Part shown: positions 18,788-28,692 of the stretch, piece by piece
Layout of the letters: every line of letters starts with the position of its first letter
Numbering within the stretch: the first letter of the stretch is position 1
IMG/VR virus record: IMGVR_UViG_3300046786_000502
Coordinates: 1 to 64,000 of that record
Length of the DNA: 64,000 nucleotides
Origin: a virus
Direction: 5' to 3' (one strand)
Position numbers and translations under genes: made by a program
Notes under the pieces: generated by a model
Database searches by the model: none
Told to the model about the DNA's origin: nothing
The model's input: the letters and a program-made list of their open reading frames with translations, nothing else

Positions 18788-19335
18788 TGGCAATAGAGTA
18801 TCCACCAGCATTTATTAATGCATACCTACAGGAAAAGGTAACTAATTATTTTAAAGACAATCCACTAGATGGATTTTCTGGAGACTACACATTTCCATTT
18901 TTCCCAACAAGCCCAACTGCTATCGATGACCTAACTGAGCAGTTCCCAGCCAATGAAGGTAAATTTGCTGTGTATGATAGAATGCTAAAGATGAGAAGAT
19001 CTCCATTCCCTCATATCAAATCAGAACAACTACTTTATTACTTTTATGCTACTGGATCAGAACCAGTGGTATTCATTATTGAGGCAACTCAAAAGATACA
19101 AGATTTCCTGGATAGAGAAGACGAATCAGCACAAGAGCTAAATGAGTGGATTAGGGCAAAACAGTCTAGCCAACAACCACTAGTAGATGCAGCTGGCACA
19201 CCCCTGGAACCAGTATTTTTCCACAGAATGAGGGTATATCAGATCCAAGAAACCAGAGATATTATCGACTTTGGTACAGCACGAACCTATGCTGGAAACA
19301 AGATAGTGATAGACTACGACTGGCACAAATGTTAG
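18787..19335 (+). CDS. Probable tail terminator
   Basis: Directly upstream of the major tail protein; 182 aa. Confidence 0.5.
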   Translation: MAIEYPPAFINAYLQEKVTNYFKDNPLDGFSGDYTFPFFPTSPTAIDDLTEQFPANEGKFAVYDRMLKMRRSPFPHIKSEQLLYYFYATGSEPVVFIIEATQKIQDFLDREDESAQELNEWIRAKQSSQQPLVDAAGTPLEPVFFHRMRVYQIQETRDIIDFGTARTYAGNKIVIDYDWHKC

Positions 19336-19412
19336 TTTAGTTTAAAAGGGCGGTATACTTATAACGAGGAAACAAACCGCCTATTGATTCAATACAAAAG
19401 AGGTGAAAAAAT

Positions 19413-20042
19413 ATGGCATACACACGTGGTACAAGTGCTAACATCATCGTTGGTGCAGCTGCACTTTGGACTTACGAGGACGGCGAGCTTACAGACTCTC
19501 TAACTCCTACATTCCCTAGCTCAGGAACATCCTTCAAGGATACCCTTTCTGACAATGGCGTAGGTGGAGACGGTGAAGGCTTCCGTAACGTAGGTTACAC
19601 AACAAACGGTCTTGAACTCCAGTTCCAGCCTGACTTCGCAGAAGTTTCAGTGGACCAGGTTCTTGACGCTGCCAAGCTATTTAAGCAAGGCATGAAGGTC
19701 AACCTTAACACCACATTTGCTGAGGCCACACTTGAGAATCTCTTGTTCTCGCTTGCAAGCAAGGGTACAAACCTTACTTCTGGTACTGGAACACAGACTT
19801 TGAACCTATCTGCTGGTGACATCGGTGAATGTCCAGTAGAGCGTGGTCTCATCGCTGTTGGTCCTGGTACAGGAGACTGTGCTGCAAATGAGGAAAGAGT
19901 ATACGTTGCATACCGTGCACTATCAATCGATAGCGTTACAGTAGCAGCCAAGCGTGACGCAGCAACTGAATTCCAAGTATCATTCCGCTTGCTTCCAAAC
20001 AACAGCGGATCATACGGTAAGATCGTTGATCGTACATACTAA
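19413..20042 (+). CDS. Major tail protein
   Basis: NIIVGAA, NVGYTTNGLELQFQP, VDQ and TFAEATLENL motifs; GAGGTG SD; followed by a terminator, chaperones and tape measure. Confidence 0.88.
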   Translation: MAYTRGTSANIIVGAAALWTYEDGELTDSLTPTFPSSGTSFKDTLSDNGVGGDGEGFRNVGYTTNGLELQFQPDFAEVSVDQVLDAAKLFKQGMKVNLNTTFAEATLENLLFSLASKGTNLTSGTGTQTLNLSAGDIGECPVERGLIAVGPGTGDCAANEERVYVAYRALSIDSVTVAAKRDAATEFQVSFRLLPNNSGSYGKIVDRTY

Positions 20043-20068
20043 AATATAACTTAATACAGTAAAAAGCT

Positions 20069-20106
20069 AACCGCTCAGAAAACCTCTGGGCGGTTTTGCT
20101 TTTTTT
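20069..20106 (+). terminator. Rho-independent terminator
   Basis: AACCGCTCAGA-AAACC-TCTGGGCGGTT hairpin followed by TTGCTTTTTTT. Confidence 0.85.
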
Positions 20107-20121
20107 GCTATAATATTAGAT

Positions 20122-20817
20122 ATGGCAACTCAGGTGTACAAAACAGGGTATGTAGAAACTATCAATGGTAAGATTATTAATGTTAAACCATTAAAGCTTA
20201 AATACCTTAGAGAATTTATGGATGCATTCCAATTTATCAAATCGTCTCAGGACGATGACCAAGCCCTATCTTTTGTTTGTGAATGTGTCAGGGTAGCCAT
20301 GAAGGAATTTTGTCCAGAACTGGTGTCAATACAAGATATTGAAGATAACTTCGATATGGAAAATCTGTATGGTGCACTTAGGTTTGCTGCCAACATTAAT
20401 ATTGAAGATAATGATGTAGAAGTTAGTGAGCAAGCAAGTAATGATGAAGAAGGAAACAAGTGGGATTCCCTTGATTTGGTTTCCTTAGAGTCAGAGGCAT
20501 TTATGCTTGGAATTTGGACTGACTATGAAGAGCTAGAATCTTCCATCTCTATGCCAGAACTAATAGCAATTCTTGATGCCAAGAGAAACAAAGAGTATGA
20601 CGAGCAAAGATTCTTGGCTGCGTTGCAGGGTGTTGACTTAGACGAACAAACTGGCAAAAAAGAGCAAGATCCTTGGGAAGCCATGAAGGCAAGGGTATTT
20701 AGTGGTGGACAAGCTACCAATGAAAATGATATACTTGCATATCAAGGAGTAAACGCAAACAAGGCTGGATTTGGTATTGGCATGGGCCTTGACTATGAAG
20801 ATTTACGCCAAAACTAA
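20122..20817 (+). CDS. Tail assembly chaperone, long (GT-like) form
   Basis: Between major tail and tape measure genes; the N-terminal ~95 aa is paralogous to 20867..21169, followed by an extra domain (WTDYEELESSISMPEL). Confidence 0.75.
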   Translation: MATQVYKTGYVETINGKIINVKPLKLKYLREFMDAFQFIKSSQDDDQALSFVCECVRVAMKEFCPELVSIQDIEDNFDMENLYGALRFAANINIEDNDVEVSEQASNDEEGNKWDSLDLVSLESEAFMLGIWTDYEELESSISMPELIAILDAKRNKEYDEQRFLAALQGVDLDEQTGKKEQDPWEAMKARVFSGGQATNENDILAYQGVNANKAGFGIGMGLDYEDLRQN

Positions 20818-20866
20818 TGCCTTTGTATGATATAATAAAATAATCAAAAAGTTCTTAGGAGGAACA

Positions 20867-21169
20867 GTGTCAGATAACAAAATCACACTCATCGATGGAA
20901 CTGAAGTAGCCATTAGACCACTAAAGGTTTCGCTACTTAGACAGTTCATGAAAAAGTTTGAAGGACTGCCAAAGGTGGCAGACGACAACGGTAAGTCTAT
21001 GGACTTGCTAATGGAATGCGTACAGATTGCAATGCAGCAGTATGCACCAGACTTGGCAGATGACAAGGCAAAGCTTGAAGATAATATCGACTTGCCTACA
21101 GTCTACAGAATTATCGAAGAGGCTTCTGGATCAAACCTGGCAGAACAGGGCTTTACAGGGCTTCAGTAA
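20867..21169 (+). CDS. Tail assembly chaperone, short (G-like) form
   Basis: GTG start after AGGAGG; the PLKxxxLRxFMxxF...ECVxxAM...EDNxD pattern is shared with the upstream ORF. Confidence 0.75.
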   Translation: MSDNKITLIDGTEVAIRPLKVSLLRQFMKKFEGLPKVADDNGKSMDLLMECVQIAMQQYAPDLADDKAKLEDNIDLPTVYRIIEEASGSNLAEQGFTGLQ

Positions 21170-21187
21170 TAGAGGAGCTTCGTTTGA

Positions 21188-24100
21188 ATGGCTGATATCC
21201 AATCAAATATAAATGTTAATATTGATACCGCTAGTGCTGTAGCGTCTATTAAGGCACTGCAGTCACAGATATCAGCCTTTCAAAAGGAGATGGCAGCATC
21301 TTCTAGAGCAAACGTTTTAGCTGCCAAAAATTTACAAAAAGCATTTATTGATGACATCAATGCTACAGGAAAGTTTTCTGCAAGCATTAAAGAAATCTCA
21401 TCAACAGCAGATTACTTTACTAGATCACTAGAAAAGAATAAGCTTTCGCTTGGCGAATACTTCCGTTACGGAATGGGTGCCAGCAAGTCATTCTCAAAAT
21501 ACTTTCAGTCTGAATTTGAAACAATAAATAAGGTTGCACGTGAACGTGTAAAAGACCTACAGACACAATACGTATCACTTGGCCGTGATGCACAGGGTGC
21601 ACTCAAAGCAATTTCGATTAGACCACTTGCTCTTGACATGGAGAACCTTGGCACAAAAACTCAGATAGCTGCACAACGTGCACAAATCTTTAATCAAATC
21701 CTAAAGCAGGGTTCTACACAACTTCTTAACTTTGGTAAAAACACACAGTGGGCTGGTCGTCAGCTTATGGTTGGTTTTACAATTCCACTTTCAATCTTTG
21801 GAAGCAAGGCTGCTCAAATGTACAAAGACATGGAAGAAGCAGCTATTAAATTTAGACGTGTTTATGGAGATGCAACAACTTCAAATGCTGAAACAGAAGG
21901 CATGATCAAGCAGATCCAAAGACTTGGTCTAGAGTTTACAAAATATGGTGTTGCCCTTTCAGACACAATGGAGCTTGCTGGTAAGGCTGCAGCGATGGGT
22001 AAGACTGGTGCTGACCTACTTGGACAAATTTCTCAGGCAAACACTTTGTCAGTATTGGGTGGGGTAGACCAACAGCAGGCACTAGAAACAACCATTACAC
22101 TTACCAATACATTTGGATACAGCACAGAAAATCTTGCTAGAAAAGTTGACTACCTTAACGCTGTTGAAAACCAGACAGTTCTATCAATTGAAGATTTGAC
22201 AATCGCTATTCCTAAAGCTGGTCCAGTAATTAAACAGCTTGGTGGAGACGTTGAAGACCTTGCAGTATTTATGACCGCCATGAAAGAAGGTGGAATTAAT
22301 GCATCTGAAGGTGCAAACGCCCTAAAGTCTGGTATCGCATCACTTATTAATCCAACTAAAGCATCATCTGCAATGCTTATGAATTATGGAATTAATCTTA
22401 GAGATCTTATTTCAAAAAATCAGGGTAACGTATCTGGACTTGTAAGAGACTTCTCTTCTGCACTAGATACACTAGACCCAACAACAAGAGCCCAAGCAAT
22501 TGAAAAGATGTTTGGAAAATTCCAGTTCTCACGTATTTCAACTTTGCTTCAGAACATTTCGAAAGATGGAACTCAGGCAGCTAGAGCACTTGAGCTAAGT
22601 CAGATGTCAGCTGCTCAACTTGCAGCTATGTCCAGAAAAGAATTGCAGCAAGTAGAGAACTCTCCTCTATACAAGTTCCAACAATCAATTGAAAAGTTTA
22701 AAGCCTCTATGGCACCAGTAGGTGAAGAGTTCATGAAAATGGTTACTCCACTGATTGAATTTGGAACTAGAATTCTTGATCTATTCAATAACATGTCTGA
22801 TGGATCAAAGAGATTTGTAACTATTCTTGTTGGTGTAGTGGGTGGTCTAGCACCAGTATTTATTATGACATTCGGTTTGATTGCTAACGCCCTCGCAAAT
22901 GCTATGAAGGGTTTCCTCTTTTTAAGACAACGTATTCTAGGACTTAAGTCAGACACTAACGATCTTGGAGAGCAAACTCAGTACATGTCAACTGAGCAGC
23001 TTGAGGCTGCAACAGTTGCTGCTTCGCTTGACCAGGTTCACTCAAAGCTTATTCAGACTTTCACATCAGAAGCTGCAGCAATTGATCAACTAAGAATTGC
23101 TACAGAAAGAGCTGTAGCTGCACAATCACGTATGGGTGGAGTTAGGGCTGCAGGCAATAGAAAAGCCCAAAATTTTGCAGATGGTGGAATTGTAGTTAAG
23201 GGTCCTGGTGGTCCAAAAGATGATGCAATTCCTGCAAACCTATCTAATGGTGAAGTAGTTCTTTCAGTAGAAACTGTTAAGGACAACCCAGCAGTTGTTG
23301 ATGCACTGTTGGCTGGACAAAAGATTCAGGTTCCTGGATATGCCAACCAGGGTGTTGCTGGCGATGGTGGAAGACACCAAAGAACAGCATCATCTGGATA
23401 TCAGCAGGCACACTTCTCTGGCTTCCAGCAAAGAACTGGTGCAGAGCTACTATCTACTGCACAACAAGGTAGCAAGCTATTTGAAACAATAACCGCAAAG
23501 CTTGAAGAACAGGCAAGACATCTAGGAATGACATTCGATCAAGTTCTTGATCACGTATTCCAGGCTTACGACAACCGTGTTGTAAATATGTCTAGCAAGT
23601 TAAATAACCTTTTTGGACAATCTGGAAAGGGTGGAGGCATAGAAGCCAAAGCTGTTAAGGATGAATTCGGCAAATCTAGAGGTGCTGCACATGGTGCAAT
23701 GGCTGCTCAGCTAAAGAAAAACGGTGTAGCTGACGAAGAGATTAAGTCTCTACTTAAAGAATTGGCAGATGAAGTAGACAAGGGGCTTTCAGAGTTTGGT
23801 GACGAAGTCCTAATGACTGGAGAAGACCTAGACTCAGTAATACAAAAAGCATACGAAACAGTTTCTAACGGCAACAAGAATCTCAAGAAGGCCTATGATG
23901 AGCTATCTCAAATTTCTGGATTTGCATCAGAAAAGAGGGGTAAGAATGGAGAGATCACTAGACTAGGCATTACAGATAGATCGTCTGCATCACCATTCTA
24001 TAAGGGCTCAACCCAGAGAACAAAGAATTATAGTGCTGGAGTTGCATACTCTGAAACACCAGAAAAGTCTCCATGGTCAGATGTTTCAAGAAGATACTTC

Positions 24101-27100
24101 TCCGATGCTCAAGTCAAGGTATTTGATGAAATCAGAAAGATCGATTCAAGCATTTCAGATGCGATTATTCAAGAGGGAGATGCTGTTAAGCGTCTCGCAA
24201 TGCTTGAACAAGAAGCTAGAAAACTTGGTATTGATATTCCAGAAAGCATTATGCAGGGATTCCACGATGGTGTTGTAAAGGTAACAGACCAAGCATCACC
24301 ATCAAGAGAAGCACATGTGCTTGGAGAAAACTCTGGACAAGGATATCTTGACGGAGCCAAATCAAAAATTGATGATGCACAAGCTGTTGGTGAACAGGCT
24401 GGAGATGCACTTGCTAGAGGTGCTGCTTCAAGAGCATCCCTATATGGAAATGCAGAGATTACTCCAGCACTTAAAGCAGCTAGAAGAAAGTTTGGCAGTG
24501 TTGAAAACATTCCTTCTGGTGTACAGGCTAAGCTTGGAGTCGGAACAAAAGAAACATCCCAAGAAGCTTCTAGACTAGCAAAAACTTTTAGTGGTCTTAA
24601 TGGCAAGATCATGGGATTCTCTGGAATCATCAGCACAGTTAGCCTTGGTATGCAGATGTTTGGTGTAGACCTTGGATCAACTGGAGCTGCACTAACAAAT
24701 CTTTCAAATATTGCATTTGGTCTTTCTGCTGCCTGGAGCCAGCTATCACAACTCAAGGGCATTCAAAACTTTATGGGTGGACTAGGTGGACTAGATGTGG
24801 CAGGAATGTTTAAGAACAATGGAATCTTTAAGGGTATCGGCCAGCTTGGAAAGGGAATTTTTGAGCTAGCACCTAAGTTCTTCAAGTTAGCAGGATGGGT
24901 TGGTGTTGCAATCCTGGCATTTGAGGGTATCTCATGGCTAATGAATGTTGCAAAAGAACAAGAGCAAAAGATTACTGGTCTTGGTGATGCAGCAAATATT
25001 GCTTCAGAAAAACTAAATAAATTTGCTTCTGACTTTGGTCTAGCTTTTGCAGCTGATACTGATTTTGGTGGAATGATTGGTGGAGGATACCAAAGTGCTC
25101 AACAGCAAAAGGCACAGGACAAGGGTCTAAGCCAATACGAAGGTGACACACGTGAAGACAAGCTAAAATCATTTGCTTCAGACTATGAGGCAGAAATCAA
25201 TGGTCTTAAAGGTGGAACCAAGCAGCAAGCAATGGCAGCACTTCAGTCTGAGGCAAGAAAGCAAGCACTCAGTGGTTCTACAGAAGAGATGACAACAGCA
25301 TTTATTCAAACTCTTATCGATGCATCAAATGATCCAAAGCTAAAGAAGATTAATGTTGGTAAAGAAATTATTGGAAATATGTTTAAGCCAACTGCAGATA
25401 ACGTCCAGGCACTTGGTGACGGAATTTCTAAAACAGTAGATGCTTATGGTAAGACAGCAGCAAAGGATCAATCTCTTAATGATCAGCGAACAGCTAACTT
25501 GTCTTCTGGATACATGTATTATGGTCGTGGTGGTTCTATGGCTGGCATGCAACCAGTCAAGAGCACGGAGACTAGAAGATCAGAAGCACTACTTGCTGGG
25601 CAAGTAAAGGGTGGTGCTCAAGCACTAAAGAACCAATTTGACACAAGCAAAGACAAGAATGCTCTAGCAACATATAAGAAGGGCATTGAGGGTCTTATCA
25701 ATCCTTTGAACAAGCTTAAGGGTGCTGCCAAGGGTAATGCAATTAGTGCAATTGCAAAGGAAGTTGGAGGAAAGCTTCCAGACATGATTAAGAAGACTAA
25801 CGATGCAGGCAAGCAAATCTTGCTGCTTAAGCTAGCCTTATCTGGAAACATCTCTCCTGAACTAGAAAAGAAAATTAATAGTCAAACAGTTACGACAAAA
25901 GAATTGACAGATGCTCTTTATGCAGCACAAGCTGCACAAGATGCTAAGAATAAGTCAGACGCATCAGCAGAGGCTAAGGCTGGAATGCAAGACCTTATTG
26001 CAAACAACCAAGCACAGATTGATACATACTACGGCCTTGTTGCAGCTGGCTTTGCTGCAGCAGATGCAGTATCCCTAATGGGTGATGCCTCTGTTCAGGC
26101 TGCAGTAGCAGCTGGACTTGCAGCAGATCAGGTGGCTCAGCTAAAGGGTCAGCTGGCAGAACTAGCAAAGATTAATGCATCATCTGGTGGAAGCAAGGAG
26201 AATCCTTTTAAGGATGCTATTGAATCACTAAAGAGCCAGATTAAAGAATCAAAGAATTTGATGACAGCTTACAGCAAACTAAAGGCTGCTGGGCTAAGTA
26301 TTGCAACATCCTGGAAGTATGCAAATGATGCAACTGTTGCAGCTGGACTTGCAGCAGCAAAAACCAAGGGACAGATCAAGCAGATCGTTGACAAGATTAA
26401 AGAGCTTGAGAAGCAACTAAAGGCTAATTCTTGGACAACATTCAGCAGAAACATGGACGATGCTACCAAGGCAATGAAAGATCAGCTAACAGTTACATCA
26501 AAGCTGACAGCAATGGGAGCAAGCCTAGAAGAGATTCAAGCATTGCTTGGTAATGAAGATTTCATGTTTGCATTTGCAAGTGGCAAGGTTGGTGCAGAAC
26601 AGTTTGCTGCAGCACTAGCAAAGGTTCGTGAACAAGCAAAGATCAAGCTTGAAATTGAAATGTCTACCCCAGAGGGTATGCAAGCTAAGATTGATGAAGC
26701 TTACGGTAAGGTACAAGAAGCATTTACTGCACAAAAAGAAGCAATTGAAATTAAGTACGATGCCAAGATGAAGAGTGACAAGGATATTGTCAAGCAGGCA
26801 GAAGAAGACATTGCCAAGATTAATTATCAAATTCAAGGTTACGAAGCTGGCCTACAAGAAATTTCTTGGAAAGAAGATGAGATCAACAAGAGGTATGAGG
26901 ATAGAACTAAAGCTCTTGATAAGATTCAAAAAGTTAATGAAGAAATTATTAGACAGCAAAAGTCTCAGCTTACAATTGCAGATGCTTTGTCACAAGGTGA
27001 TATTGGTGCAGCTGCAAGAGCTATCCAAGAATCACAGGCAGCATCAGCAACAGCTGCAATGCAGTCACAAAGAGATGCTCTAGACACTGCCAAGGAACAA

Positions 27101-28054
27101 GAGCTTGGATCTGTTACAGATAGCCAGGGAAGAAATAGAGAGAGCCTAGAAGCTTCTATCCTTGACCTGAAGAAGCAAATATTTACTATTGAACAAGAAC
27201 AGCTTGCACCAGCTAACGAAAGACTAAGACTTCTTGATCTTGAAAAACAGGGCGAAATTGACAGAATCACTGTGCTTGGAAAGACTGCAGCACAATGGGC
27301 TGCGATTAAGAGCGAGATTGACCTTGCTAGAGTAAACACAAATAACTTTAAGACTGCTATTGATAATGCATTTGGATCTGTTACTAAATTGCTTGCTGCT
27401 TATGCAAAGCTTGGCTCAAAGCCAGGAAACGTTACTGCAGTTGCTCCAGCACCTAGCACAACCACTACCACAACCAAGCCAACTACTACCACAACAACCA
27501 CTCCAACCGCAGTTGACTGGAGGGGTATTCCAACTACAGTAAATACAACAACATTGGCTGGTATTGCTGCTGCTTCTGGAACAACTGTTGATAAGCTTGT
27601 ACAACCTACAAAGTCACAGATTCCTGCAGGAGTTCCATCTTCTGCACTAATCTCTGGTTTGGGTAGCCGTGTAATGTCAGCAATGGGATTCAACTCTGGT
27701 GGTAGAGTCCCTGGTGCTGGAAATACAGATACAGTTCCTTCAATGCTAACTCCAGGAGAGTATGTTGTGAATAAGGATGCAGTAAGCAAGTATGGCTCAG
27801 GACTACTATCTGCAATTAATGATGGAAGTTTTAATCCAAATGTTGGCTCTCCATCATTCAAGGTTCTTCCTAAGCCAAATGTAAACATTGGTCCTTCTGG
27901 ACAAACTGCTGCCACAGGCTCGTCTTCAGTGTATAATAATTATACGCTAAGTGTAAATGTTAAGTCTGATGCTAATCCAAACGAAATTGCTAAGGTTGTT
28001 ATGGATAAGCTAAGAACAGTAGAGTCACAGAGGGTAAGAGGAGTTAGAATTTAA
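21188..28054 (+). CDS. Tape measure protein
   Basis: 2288 aa, Ala-rich and helical; TP901-like core (GINASEGANALKS), hydrophobic segments and two GGxVxG...DxxPxxLxxGExV motifs; follows the chaperones. Confidence 0.95.
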   Translation: MADIQSNINVNIDTASAVASIKALQSQISAFQKEMAASSRANVLAAKNLQKAFIDDINATGKFSASIKEISSTADYFTRSLEKNKLSLGEYFRYGMGASKSFSKYFQSEFETINKVARERVKDLQTQYVSLGRDAQGALKAISIRPLALDMENLGTKTQIAAQRAQIFNQILKQGSTQLLNFGKNTQWAGRQLMVGFTIPLSIFGSKAAQMYKDMEEAAIKFRRVYGDATTSNAETEGMIKQIQRLGLEFTKYGVALSDTMELAGKAAAMGKTGADLLGQISQANTLSVLGGVDQQQALETTITLTNTFGYSTENLARKVDYLNAVENQTVLSIEDLTIAIPKAGPVIKQLGGDVEDLAVFMTAMKEGGINASEGANALKSGIASLINPTKASSAMLMNYGINLRDLISKNQGNVSGLVRDFSSALDTLDPTTRAQAIEKMFGKFQFSRISTLLQNISKDGTQAARALELSQMSAAQLAAMSRKELQQVENSPLYKFQQSIEKFKASMAPVGEEFMKMVTPLIEFGTRILDLFNNMSDGSKRFVTILVGVVGGLAPVFIMTFGLIANALANAMKGFLFLRQRILGLKSDTNDLGEQTQYMSTEQLEAATVAASLDQVHSKLIQTFTSEAAAIDQLRIATERAVAAQSRMGGVRAAGNRKAQNFADGGIVVKGPGGPKDDAIPANLSNGEVVLSVETVKDNPAVVDALLAGQKIQVPGYANQGVAGDGGRHQRTASSGYQQAHFSGFQQRTGAELLSTAQQGSKLFETITAKLEEQARHLGMTFDQVLDHVFQAYDNRVVNMSSKLNNLFGQSGKGGGIEAKAVKDEFGKSRGAAHGAMAAQLKKNGVADEEIKSLLKELADEVDKGLSEFGDEVLMTGEDLDSVIQKAYETVSNGNKNLKKAYDELSQISGFASEKRGKNGEITRLGITDRSSASPFYKGSTQRTKNYSAGVAYSETPEKSPWSDVSRRYFSDAQVKVFDEIRKIDSSISDAIIQEGDAVKRLAMLEQEARKLGIDIPESIMQGFHDGVVKVTDQASPSREAHVLGENSGQGYLDGAKSKIDDAQAVGEQAGDALARGAASRASLYGNAEITPALKAARRKFGSVENIPSGVQAKLGVGTKETSQEASRLAKTFSGLNGKIMGFSGIISTVSLGMQMFGVDLGSTGAALTNLSNIAFGLSAAWSQLSQLKGIQNFMGGLGGLDVAGMFKNNGIFKGIGQLGKGIFELAPKFFKLAGWVGVAILAFEGISWLMNVAKEQEQKITGLGDAANIASEKLNKFASDFGLAFAADTDFGGMIGGGYQSAQQQKAQDKGLSQYEGDTREDKLKSFASDYEAEINGLKGGTKQQAMAALQSEARKQALSGSTEEMTTAFIQTLIDASNDPKLKKINVGKEIIGNMFKPTADNVQALGDGISKTVDAYGKTAAKDQSLNDQRTANLSSGYMYYGRGGSMAGMQPVKSTETRRSEALLAGQVKGGAQALKNQFDTSKDKNALATYKKGIEGLINPLNKLKGAAKGNAISAIAKEVGGKLPDMIKKTNDAGKQILLLKLALSGNISPELEKKINSQTVTTKELTDALYAAQAAQDAKNKSDASAEAKAGMQDLIANNQAQIDTYYGLVAAGFAAADAVSLMGDASVQAAVAAGLAADQVAQLKGQLAELAKINASSGGSKENPFKDAIESLKSQIKESKNLMTAYSKLKAAGLSIATSWKYANDATVAAGLAAAKTKGQIKQIVDKIKELEKQLKANSWTTFSRNMDDATKAMKDQLTVTSKLTAMGASLEEIQALLGNEDFMFAFASGKVGAEQFAAALAKVREQAKIKLEIEMSTPEGMQAKIDEAYGKVQEAFTAQKEAIEIKYDAKMKSDKDIVKQAEEDIAKINYQIQGYEAGLQEISWKEDEINKRYEDRTKALDKIQKVNEEIIRQQKSQLTIADALSQGDIGAAARAIQESQAASATAAMQSQRDALDTAKEQELGSVTDSQGRNRESLEASILDLKKQIFTIEQEQLAPANERLRLLDLEKQGEIDRITVLGKTAAQWAAIKSEIDLARVNTNNFKTAIDNAFGSVTKLLAAYAKLGSKPGNVTAVAPAPSTTTTTTKPTTTTTTTPTAVDWRGIPTTVNTTTLAGIAAASGTTVDKLVQPTKSQIPAGVPSSALISGLGSRVMSAMGFNSGGRVPGAGNTDTVPSMLTPGEYVVNKDAVSKYGSGLLSAINDGSFNPNVGSPSFKVLPKPNVNIGPSGQTAATGSSSVYNNYTLSVNVKSDANPNEIAKVVMDKLRTVESQRVRGVRI

Positions 28055-28692
28055 TGGCAACGCAAGCATACCTGCAGGGTAGAAGAACGTATACTAGACC
28101 ACACGCAATGATGTGGTCAGAACAAGCACCAACTGTTGTTAATGGTCAATATGTTCCATACGGTCTAGAGATGAACGATTCAGTGCCAGCGTTGACAGCT
28201 ACAGAGTTGCAGAATCAATTCTTGATTCTTACTGATGACAATAGAAAGCCATTACAGTTTAAGCCACAAAGAATTGAAACACGTAAAAGAATGATTAATG
28301 GACAGATGCGTTCATATCACACTGCAGACAAGTTTACAATATCTACTTCTTGGGACCTAGTGCCATCTAGAGGATTTGCTACCTATCCACAGTTTAATGC
28401 CATCACTGGCAAGACAGCACTGACAGATCCATCACTACAATATACAACTGATGGAGGTGCAGGTGGTGTAGATATGCTTGATTGGTATCAGAACCACACT
28501 GGATCTTTCTGGGTATATCTATCCTATGATAAGTATAATGAATTTGCAAAAGATCAGTTCAGATTTCAACGCTTAGGAGAATATCCACAAGCCATGGAAA
28601 TGTTCATATCATCTTTTGACTACGATGTCGTGAAGCGTGGTGGATCAACACACGATCTATGGAATGTAAGCATAACGCTGGAAGAGGTTTAA
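28054..28692 (+). CDS. Distal tail (Dit-like) protein
   Basis: Directly after the tape measure gene; RIETRKRMINGQMRSYH...WNVSITLEEV. Confidence 0.65.
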   Translation: MATQAYLQGRRTYTRPHAMMWSEQAPTVVNGQYVPYGLEMNDSVPALTATELQNQFLILTDDNRKPLQFKPQRIETRKRMINGQMRSYHTADKFTISTSWDLVPSRGFATYPQFNAITGKTALTDPSLQYTTDGGAGGVDMLDWYQNHTGSFWVYLSYDKYNEFAKDQFRFQRLGEYPQAMEMFISSFDYDVVKRGGSTHDLWNVSITLEEV

